DNA from: a virus
IMG/VR virus record: IMGVR_UViG_3300046799_000011
Span: 32,001-96,000 of that record
Direction: 5' to 3' (one strand)
Length of the DNA: 64,000 bases
Below the pieces are notes generated by a model, which saw only the letters and a list, made by a program, of their open reading frames with translations, was not told where the DNA came from and did not search any database. A program made the translations under genes and the position numbers. Positions 57,390 through 64,000 of this stretch are shown here, one piece after another (within the stretch, counting starts at the first letter, position 1; each line of letters starts with the position of its first letter).

Positions 57390-57719
57390 TTAAGCCTGAT
57401 CTCCCTCAACAATAATCTTTACGGATATCCCGGAACCCGCAGCAGTTAAATTAAGAACACCCAGTGTCGTGGTAAATACAAATGCGGTGCCTGTGAGAGT
57501 GGAAGTACTCATTGTAGTAAGAGAAATAACGTGTGCCTGGTTTACTGCTGCGCCCGCTGCAATAATTGTTGCGTAGGCGTTACTAACGTGGGTAAGACCG
57601 GCACCGCTTATATCTACAGTAAATACACCACTACTATTGGTCGTAGCTGTTGTACGTACTTGCACGGGACTTGGTGTACTTGCACCTTGCTCATCAGATA
57701 CAAAATAATCAAAAGCCAT
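57390..57719 (-). CDS. Small beta-rich putative virion protein
   Basis: Thr/Ser/Ala-rich; follows repeat fibre gene. Confidence 0.65.
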   Translation of the reverse strand: MAFDYFVSDEQGASTPSPVQVRTTATTNSSGVFTVDISGAGLTHVSNAYATIIAAGAAVNQAHVISLTTMSTSTLTGTAFVFTTTLGVLNLTAAGSGISVKIIVEGDQA

Positions 57720-57730
57720 TATAGTTCCTT

Positions 57731-59284
57731 CTATGGATTAGCAAATTTAGCTGCCTTGAAAAATACCGCTTGTGATGTATTAGCCAAGTTAGTCGCAACT
57801 TTAGTTGCAGCAATGTAACCGATAAGACAAGCCTGTGAGCCAATTAAATCAGGGTTAGTGACAAACGCTTCCTGCCCAACTGCCGCATTGGCTAAGGCTA
57901 GTGAAGTATAGTCTACTTGGCCATATTGAATAACCAACTGCGTACCTGTAGCACCTGTCGGAATTAACCAAATTCTATGAATTGCTGCGTGTCCATTAGC
58001 GGACAGGGCTGTAATAGTTCCAGCATTATCATAATTTGCAACGTCTAATGTAGTTCTAGTTCCAGATTGTGACGAGGTAGTCTGAGTAACGTACCGAAAG
58101 GTTGCTAGAAGGTCTGTGGGATTAGTAACTAAGTTGGGCTTATTAATTCCGTTAAAACTGTAATTACGGCCGATTGAAAGCTGCGTACCTGCTGACTTAT
58201 CCAGACTTAAACTAGTAGCATTGGCAGTAATAATATTTCCAGATACTGAGAAAGATCCTAGATTAGTGAAAAGACCAAATAAAGTATCAGTTGGATATGA
58301 TTCGATGATCGGTGCAGACATTATATTGTACAAAGCGCCCGTTGGAACGACTGACCAGGTAACTCCAAGTTGAATATTTGCACGACGCTGTGGACCATCA
58401 AGAGGTGTGGCCTGTGAATGAATATTTCCAGAGCTATCCGCGTACCAATAGTTAACTACACGAGTATTCTCAGAAGCTCCCAAGGTGACAGTTTGAGCGT
58501 TAATAGTTACTGGAGTAAGCACGGGGAGCGTAGGGGTAGTTACATAATCAGCTACTAATCCTGTACCTGCTGTGATATTAAAAGCGGTTGGACTAGCATT
58601 TTGGGACATAACGCCGCCAGTGAGGATACCTGTACTAACAAAGTTAGGAAGAACTGACCAGGCGGCTGTAGTGCTTGTTAGGGCTGAAGGTGAAGCTCCA
58701 TAGGTGGGTGTTCCCGTGATAGCAATGCCATTTACCTTTGCCACCGTTGGTGCTGGATATATACCAGTGAGATCGCCAGTTGCTGCGCCATTAGGCGGCA
58801 AAGCTACAGGAATTTGTCCGAATGTAGCCGAATCTGCTGAAGCACTTCCATTTGCTAGGCCAGTTAGCTTTTGGTTGTTCATAGAAATTGAAGCTGATGG
58901 GGCTGCCATTTGATCTAGACGATTAGCTCTAACAATAGTATTTACATTAGATGTAGCAGACAACGTAGGCGCTGGATATGTACCTGTCAAATCTCCAGTG
59001 GCACTACCGTTAGGTGGAAGTGTCGTAGGAATCTGCCCAAATGCCGCCGCGTCGGTAGCAGCAGTTCCATTGGATACTCCAGTAAGTTTATGGGTATTTA
59101 GGCTTACGTTAGCTGTAGGCGCTGCCATCTGGTCAAGTCTAATGGCCTCTATAATGCCCTGTACGTTTGCTGTGGACATTATCGTAGGGTTAGGAAAAGT
59201 TCCTCCCAAGTCCCCTCCCGCAGCGCCTTCAGAATTTCCTGCGGGCCCTTGTGGTCCTACACCAAAACTTCCTCTACGCGCCAT
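57731..59284 (-). CDS. Fibre protein with 73-aa repeats containing YadA-like neck motifs
   Basis: GDL.G.YP.PT...RLDQMAAP...KLTG..NG.A..D.A.FGQ. Confidence 0.75.
   Translation of the reverse strand: MARRGSFGVGPQGPAGNSEGAAGGDLGGTFPNPTIMSTANVQGIIEAIRLDQMAAPTANVSLNTHKLTGVSNGTAATDAAAFGQIPTTLPPNGSATGDLTGTYPAPTLSATSNVNTIVRANRLDQMAAPSASISMNNQKLTGLANGSASADSATFGQIPVALPPNGAATGDLTGIYPAPTVAKVNGIAITGTPTYGASPSALTSTTAAWSVLPNFVSTGILTGGVMSQNASPTAFNITAGTGLVADYVTTPTLPVLTPVTINAQTVTLGASENTRVVNYWYADSSGNIHSQATPLDGPQRRANIQLGVTWSVVPTGALYNIMSAPIIESYPTDTLFGLFTNLGSFSVSGNIITANATSLSLDKSAGTQLSIGRNYSFNGINKPNLVTNPTDLLATFRYVTQTTSSQSGTRTTLDVANYDNAGTITALSANGHAAIHRIWLIPTGATGTQLVIQYGQVDYTSLALANAAVGQEAFVTNPDLIGSQACLIGYIAATKVATNLANTSQAVFFKAAKFANP
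58745..59227 (-). repeat. About 2.2 tandem copies of a 73-aa repeat
   Basis: G.A.GDL.G..P.PT at residues 20, 93 and 166. Confidence 0.85.
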
Positions 59285-59583
59285 TAGACACCTGCTTGCA
59301 CTGTGAAGGTGGCGTTAGCGGCCGAGATCATCTTAACTACGGTATTTGCAGTTACCCCTAAGGCGGGTTCTGGTGGATTATTTAAGTTAATAGCATCAAC
59401 ATAGCCTAGGGGAGATACAAAGTAACACTCATCCCCAGCAACTGTGGGATCCACACCATCTACCCGTGCCCACATATCTCCAGAACTTCTATTAATAATT
59501 GTAATATTACGGTAGCGGTTGGCGAAGGTAATTGTAGTTACAACTCCGCCTACAGTTGTACCACTTGTAATGTGAATAGCCAT
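59284..59583 (-). CDS. Small beta-rich protein, paralogue 3 of 3
   Basis: SGT...NITI.NR...W.R.DG.DPTV..D...T.VKMIS. Confidence 0.8.
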   Translation of the reverse strand: MAIHITSGTTVGGVVTTITFANRYRNITIINRSSGDMWARVDGVDPTVAGDECYFVSPLGYVDAINLNNPPEPALGVTANTVVKMISAANATFTVQAGV

Positions 59584-59660
59584 ATGGCTCTCCAATTGTG
59601 GGGGGGTGGATGGAGGAGAGTCCGAATAATAAGGCGAGTTAAAGTTCTAAAAGTTCCCCG

Positions 59661-59963
59661 TTAAGAAACATATACTGTGAAAGGGATAGCTACATCTGAA
59701 ATCATCAGAACGCTAGTTCCACTTATAACACGAGTTATAGGTTCTTGAGTCAGAATCCCATTAGGGAAAGTGACTGCCTGTCCTGGAAGAACAGGAAAAT
59801 TATCATCGGCAAGAATTACTGGATTAATTCCATCAGTTCTCAACCAGATTGTACCTGTAGTACCTCTGTGTACAATCGTTATATTTGCAAAATACTGAGG
59901 GAAGTTAACGGGCTCAACAGTGTTAATCGTTAACGTACCTGATTGTGCTCTGCTTGCAGCCAT
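59661..59963 (-). CDS. Small beta-rich protein, paralogue 2 of 3
   Basis: SGTLT...NITI.HR...W.R.DG.NP...T.V.MIS. Confidence 0.8.
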   Translation of the reverse strand: MAASRAQSGTLTINTVEPVNFPQYFANITIVHRGTTGTIWLRTDGINPVILADDNFPVLPGQAVTFPNGILTQEPITRVISGTSVLMISDVAIPFTVYVS

Positions 59964-59970
59964 CGCATTC

Positions 59971-60141
59971 CTATCTCATATCAACCACAGAAGCAGTTTG
60001 ATCTACTGGATACTGGGGATCTATATCTGGTCTGGAGGGTAATTGTCCTCCGCTATATGTTAAGTTCAGAGAACTGGGGATTGTTAGGTCCCCAGTTAAC
60101 TCTTCATAAGCATCGGTACGTCTATCATGAAATACCGTCAC
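59971..60141 (-). CDS. 56-aa hypothetical protein (MTVFHDRRTDAYEELTGD...)
   Basis: Hand translation; GGAG RBS before GTG; fills the gap. Confidence 0.6.
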   Translation of the reverse strand: MTVFHDRRTDAYEELTGDLTIPSSLNLTYSGGQLPSRPDIDPQYPVDQTASVVDMR

Positions 60142-60153
60142 TATTGACTCCGA

Positions 60154-60540
60154 TTAGGCCAGTACGATAGCTGAACCTGGACTTGGTGATAGCTCAATAG
60201 TGTAGGCGTGAGTCTGAGCAGAGATAATCTTTACTACTGTCTGAGCTGTAGTAAAGGCTGGAACTGCTGAAGGATCTGTAGCCAAAGGTGTTGTTGTAGA
60301 AAGGTTTGGCTTTGGTGCCAAGTTCTTCAGAGCTACAGTCAGTGTTCCAGAAGCGGCAACCTGTGCCTGAGTTTCATCAGCGCCACCTACTGTAGGTGTT
60401 GTTCCATCAACAGTAATGTAAGCTGCTGCGGCTGTTCCGGAACTTGTAAAGGTAACAATTACATAAGGCTGCCAAGATGTAAGCGTGTTAGATGCAACTG
60501 TGGATGCGGTAAGAGTTCCGCTAACGGCATGTACGGCCAT
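60154..60540 (-). CDS. Small beta-rich protein, paralogue 1 of 3
   Basis: SGTLT...YITVDGTTPTVGG...TVVKIIS. Confidence 0.8.
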   Translation of the reverse strand: MAVHAVSGTLTASTVASNTLTSWQPYVIVTFTSSGTAAAAYITVDGTTPTVGGADETQAQVAASGTLTVALKNLAPKPNLSTTTPLATDPSAVPAFTTAQTVVKIISAQTHAYTIELSPSPGSAIVLA

Positions 60541-60573
60541 AATTCACGTCCAATATGGGAAAGGGATAATTAC

Positions 60574-60783
60574 TTAGTGTCTCGCAATTGAAGCATTAGC
60601 CCAGAAGACTACTTCTTCGAGATGTGTGATAGCTAAGGATTTCTCTCGGCTATCGGGCACAGCTTCATCCAACCACAGCGCAAAGTCCAAAGCGTGCGCA
60701 CGAACGGATTCGTAACGCTTACCTTGGTCTACACCTGTTACAGGATGAAAAGTGAATCGATTCTTAATATCTGTGGTGTCCAT
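60574..60783 (-). CDS. Acb2/Tad1-like helical hairpin protein (candidate cyclic-nucleotide sponge)
   Basis: NRFTFH...RYE.VR..A...PDSREKSLAIT.LEE..FWANASIAR. Confidence 0.6.
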   Translation of the reverse strand: MDTTDIKNRFTFHPVTGVDQGKRYESVRAHALDFALWLDEAVPDSREKSLAITHLEEVVFWANASIARH

Positions 60784-61221
60784 TTAGTCTGTGATCACAG
60801 CTCCGTGGAGTCTTTCATATCTACCACCACTACGGCTAACTTCCTCAAATCTACGAGCAGCATTAGCATCTACGTTAACACCATGCATGAACTCACCAGT
60901 CATACCGGCAGAGTCAATCCAAGCAGCAGATCCTACATGAGCACGCTCACGCATTGTCTCAGCAGCAGGCTTCTCGAATACATTCATATTGTGGTTTGGG
61001 CGTCCAGGCGCAGTTCTATACCCCTGCATAGCACCCAATTGGAAGTCATTAGGTACGTCAGTATCTGTGGCGATTCCCTCTTCAAAACGAAGGGGTCCAC
61101 GACGCTCAGGGTTAGAAGCGCTCTTGGCCTCGTAATTAACCGCACCGCGATCTCTCTCAGGGAATGTAGGTGACGGAGCCAGTAATGCTACACGTCCCGC
61201 TTCCTTGTACATTTCTGCCAT
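60784..61221 (-). CDS. Conserved hypothetical protein after terminase
   Basis: RRGPLRFEEG.ATDTDVP, ERAHVGSAAW. Confidence 0.8.
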   Translation of the reverse strand: MAEMYKEAGRVALLAPSPTFPERDRGAVNYEAKSASNPERRGPLRFEEGIATDTDVPNDFQLGAMQGYRTAPGRPNHNMNVFEKPAAETMRERAHVGSAAWIDSAGMTGEFMHGVNVDANAARRFEEVSRSGGRYERLHGAVITD

Positions 61222-61265
61222 ATTAGTTCCTTAAGTTAAAACACTAGTGTTGTTTATATCATACA

Positions 61266-62840
61266 TTAAGAACGTCTTCTATCGTAGAAGGGATTATTCG
61301 AGATTTCTATTTCCTCATTCTTATTCTCTGGAATTACGCTTAGAGCAATGGCCAAGGAGTCGCAATAGTCATCATGGGCATTAACTTCCTTAGGAGCTTC
61401 AGCCAGCATATAGGGACCTTCAAACTTTACCTGGAGGTCTGACATCTGCTGAATGAAGTTTCTATACGTTCTCAGGTTACGAGTTTTAGCGTGGGCAGGC
61501 CAACCGATACGGCCACGGTCCAGCATCTCTCTTAGATACTTCCATCGATCTGACTGGGCAGGTCGCATGGACGAAACATCTACTATCTCTATATGGGGTA
61601 ATAGCACTCGCAATCTGGATATGAAAATGTCTCCCATACCACCAACATCTACGCCGATAGCCCAGACATTGTACTTGGATACGAATTCTACAATTCGATG
61701 ATACTGGGATTCCCAGTCATGCCCTTGTAAGTCCAGCCAATTTAAAACACGAGTGTTGTAATATCCATATTCATCTTGATGTTCCCAGTCAACAAATACT
61801 GCCGTGACAATAGTGCTGTCAATCTTACGGGCAGGATCTATACCAATAATAATAGGTGTCGTGTAATAGCTCTTGACAATCTGCATAGTCTTATCCCCAA
61901 GCTCATCAAGACGCTCAGAGGTTGTGAACATTCCTTGTTCCAGAAGCCACATAAGACGGTAGGACAGTTTGAATTCGTCTGAGTCATATCCCATACGAAG
62001 CATGTCACCAGCTACGGCCTTTTCGTATCTCTTGTTCCACTTGGATACTTCTCTATAGTCTGATTCAAAGTGGTTTACTCGGGCACCACGCTTAGTAGCG
62101 TTACGCTTGTTATGTCCAATTTCTCGGTAGAATACGCCCTTCTCATATGTAGGGGTTCCTGTCATAACAAAAGTTCCGTTAGTAGACGCAAGCATAGGAC
62201 GAATAGACTTGTCCACAACCTTCTGGTCAGCTACCTGTGCCTCATCCAATAGAGCAATGTGGTAAGTCTTACCCTCAATATTAGCTCTTGGGTGGGCTGT
62301 CTGACGACGTACCAGGGAGCCACAACGGGCTAGTTTCATCTCGGAGCCACGGCCTTTTATCTTCTCGTCAATAGACGGATCAGAAAGGATAGCCTGCGCT
62401 CTCTCGGATTCAAACATAGAGATAATACGAGAATACAAAGTCTTGGCCATGTCATCAACGGGAGCAAAAGCCCCTACCCATACGCCCTCTTTGAAATCTT
62501 CGAGCCACACGTTAAAGCGCTCAATCTTGGCCAAACGGGGAAGCATGATCATCAGAGTAGCTACGGTAGCTGCTACTGTCTCAGTCTTACCGGACTGACG
62601 AGAGAATAAGGCCGTTACTGTAGCTCCGTCATTGATGATAACGGATTCCATAAGCCGAGCAGCAAAAGGTCGCTGGTAACCATAAAGTGGATGTCCGGAT
62701 AGTTCATCGGCAAATAGCAGAAGACCTTCTACAATCTCGTCAATAAATGCCTGGGATCTGGGATCCAACTCAATAGCAGTCTTCTTATGGGCATCAAGTT
62801 CTTCAGCAGTTAATTCATCTAGGTCAATCTCAGTAGCCAT
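61266..62840 (-). CDS. Terminase large subunit
   Basis: Walker A SRQSGKT, Walker B LLDEAQ, TGT, nuclease GIDPA and HDDYCDS; GGAGA RBS before ATG at 62840. Confidence 0.95.
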   Translation of the reverse strand: MATEIDLDELTAEELDAHKKTAIELDPRSQAFIDEIVEGLLLFADELSGHPLYGYQRPFAARLMESVIINDGATVTALFSRQSGKTETVAATVATLMIMLPRLAKIERFNVWLEDFKEGVWVGAFAPVDDMAKTLYSRIISMFESERAQAILSDPSIDEKIKGRGSEMKLARCGSLVRRQTAHPRANIEGKTYHIALLDEAQVADQKVVDKSIRPMLASTNGTFVMTGTPTYEKGVFYREIGHNKRNATKRGARVNHFESDYREVSKWNKRYEKAVAGDMLRMGYDSDEFKLSYRLMWLLEQGMFTTSERLDELGDKTMQIVKSYYTTPIIIGIDPARKIDSTIVTAVFVDWEHQDEYGYYNTRVLNWLDLQGHDWESQYHRIVEFVSKYNVWAIGVDVGGMGDIFISRLRVLLPHIEIVDVSSMRPAQSDRWKYLREMLDRGRIGWPAHAKTRNLRTYRNFIQQMSDLQVKFEGPYMLAEAPKEVNAHDDYCDSLAIALSVIPENKNEEIEISNNPFYDRRRS

Positions 62841-62884
62841 GTATTTCTCCAAATTAATTTCTCGATAGATCCATTGTACCGGAG

Positions 62885-62913
62885 TTGACACATAGCAGTA
62901 CGCACCGTACAGT
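62885..62913 (+). promoter_or_regulatory. Promoter (TTGACA-17-TACAGT) for the lone plus-strand gene
   Basis: -35 at 62885-62890, -10 at 62908-62913, about 33 bp before ATG. Confidence 0.8.
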
Positions 62914-62946
62914 AAGACTATAACCAACCACTACCAAGGGAACCTG

Positions 62947-63204
62947 ATGAACGAGTACATGGGAGACAACGGAGTTTTTGATTCTAGTACCAACAGCTCA
63001 CACAGTAGGGAATTCTTTCATGGCTTTGTTTCAGCCTTTACTGGAACCCTGATAGGTGCTGCCCTGGATAACACTCGGTTCGGTCGCTGGTTCAATACCA
63101 GTCCGACTATCGGATGGATCTACCATAAGCTACGCCAGGTATTTACTATTGGCGTTATTATCTTTGTAGTAATTTATGTATACGAGCTTATAAAGATTTG
63201 GTAA
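62947..63204 (+). CDS. Two-helix membrane protein, only plus-strand gene
   Basis: AAGGGA RBS, own promoter, two hydrophobic segments; occupies a gap in minus-strand coding. Confidence 0.75.
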   Translation: MNEYMGDNGVFDSSTNSSHSREFFHGFVSAFTGTLIGAALDNTRFGRWFNTSPTIGWIYHKLRQVFTIGVIIFVVIYVYELIKIW

Positions 63205-63478
63205 GCCGTTCTTCTATGACTTGCATAGCTGCCAATAAAGATACTGCTCCTACCTTTATGTCCTCTGTGTATATAAGAGCCTGATCCGAAGTTCCATGGG
63301 TCAGGCTCTTTCTCATTTCTGTGATGTTCTTACCGATACCCGTATGGATATTATCCACCCATCGTATTAGTTCATCATTGGGTGCCTTACGTAATCTATT
63401 AAGTAACTTAGCTTTTATCTTCTCATCCGGCTTACTACTTCTGAATCTCTTTAACATATTACAAATCCAATGCGTCAA
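63188..63478 (-). CDS. Hypothetical helical protein
   Basis: Operon packing. Confidence 0.7.
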   Translation of the reverse strand: MTHWICNMLKRFRSSKPDEKIKAKLLNRLRKAPNDELIRWVDNIHTGIGKNITEMRKSLTHGTSDQALIYTEDIKVGAVSLLAAMQVIEERLTKSL

Positions 63479-63812
63479 CTAGTAGTTCTTGTTGTTCTGC
63501 CGTAAATTGCTTCTTAATCATAGTTCTACGGATGTGTGTCTTCTCCGCATCCATAAACGCCTCATCGGTCATCTGACGCCCTTCCAGCGCATCTAGTAGG
63601 GTTTGCTCCTCCGTGCGATTGGTAGAGCGCCACAGGCCCACTACAAGCCCTTGACGGCACCATGGGATACGTATGATGAGAGAGTTGGACCATCGGTATG
63701 GTTCCTCTAGTTCATGAGAAGGATACCGATGGAATAGCGGGGACTTCTTTTGTAGTTTAATGCCATGTACGAATAGTGGTCCGAAATCGTGTGTCTTATT
63801 ATGAATGGCCAA
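63459..63812 (-). CDS. Hypothetical protein
   Basis: E.EEPYR...L..RIP......VG.W pattern. Confidence 0.7.
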   Translation of the reverse strand: MAIHNKTHDFGPLFVHGIKLQKKSPLFHRYPSHELEEPYRWSNSLIIRIPWCRQGLVVGLWRSTNRTEEQTLLDALEGRQMTDEAFMDAEKTHIRRTMIKKQFTAEQQELLVDALDL

Positions 63813-63813
63813 T

Positions 63814-64000
63814 CTAAGTCAATCCTCTGCTGTAAGGGAAACTATTGAGTGTGGAGTTTATATAACGACCAGGAGACTGGGCTCTCTGGAATTTCCACCA
63901 TACTGATGGAGGTACATTGTAATAGGTATAGTAGTCTCCGTCTCTGAATTTTATACGAAGAGACTGACTTCTTTCATCATAACCGGCAGCAAGAGTTCTA
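63814..64000 (-). CDS. KTSC-domain protein (5' end outside window)
   Basis: Hand translation RTLAAGYDERSQSLRIKFRDGDYYTYYNVPPSVWWKFQRAQSPGRYINSTL matches the KTSC pattern. Confidence 0.8.
   Translation of the reverse strand, partial: RTLAAGYDERSQSLRIKFRDGDYYTYYNVPPSVWWKFQRAQSPGRYINSTLNSFPYSRGLT

Larger units (their letters stand above)
1..64000 (-). other. Segment of a myovirus-type actinobacteriophage genome (packaging, head, tail, replication modules)
   Basis: Terminase, portal, capsid, sheath, tube and baseplate genes in canonical order plus phage replication genes; no host housekeeping genes and no integrase seen. Confidence 0.97.

Noticed and set aside
59971-60141. Structured ncRNA suggested by several hairpins in an apparent intergenic gap
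   Set aside because: The gap is filled by a 56-codon minus-strand ORF with an RBS; an overlapping RNA role is not excluded but is unsupported
198-62252. Numerous plus-strand ORFs in the track (e.g. 7182..7919, 13149..13793, 28232..28717)
   Set aside because: They lie antisense to well-supported minus-strand genes and show no motifs; treated as shadow ORFs
1-64000. tRNA genes, integrase/repressor, endolysin, reverse transcriptase and DNA hypermodification genes
   Set aside because: None recognised by eye; intergenic gaps are short and lack cloverleaf signatures. They may lie outside the window

Overview
The whole window is a segment of a large, apparently lytic, contractile-tailed dsDNA phage. 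Its host is very probably actinobacterial, most likely Streptomyces-like: it encodes a WhiB protein and actinobacterial-type NlpC/P60 and transglycosylase domains, although GC is visibly only about 45-50%. Essentially all genes are on the minus strand. In transcription order (right to left) the window holds: (1) a KTSC-domain gene fragment, one lone plus-strand membrane gene with its own promoter, and the terminase large subunit; (2) an Acb2/Tad1-like small protein, three paralogous beta-rich proteins and a repeat fibre; (3) portal, scaffold, major capsid and neck genes, two beta-helix fibre/spike genes, and a full myovirus tail and baseplate (29.2-57.3 kb); (4) an AT-rich control region at about 29.0-29.2 kb; (5) a replication, recombination and nucleotide-metabolism arm with a DnaC-like loader, HIT, PnuC-like, PNK/phosphatase, DnaB, primase, HNH, SSB, family A polymerase, class II RNR, RecA, RNA ligase, resolvase, WhiB, Cas4-like nuclease and ThyX, interleaved with many tiny ORFs. 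Several of these tiny ORFs are Cys/His micro-proteins missed by the ORF track. The most notable observations are promoter-terminator fusion elements, an antisense promoter firing into a 20-bp inverted repeat, a likely +1 frameshift in the tail chaperone, a candidate cyclic-nucleotide sponge, a paralogue-plus-fibre head module, a coupled HIT/PnuC/PNK operon, and non-canonical Walker A motifs in both helicase and loader. All calls rest on motif recognition by eye; no database search was run.
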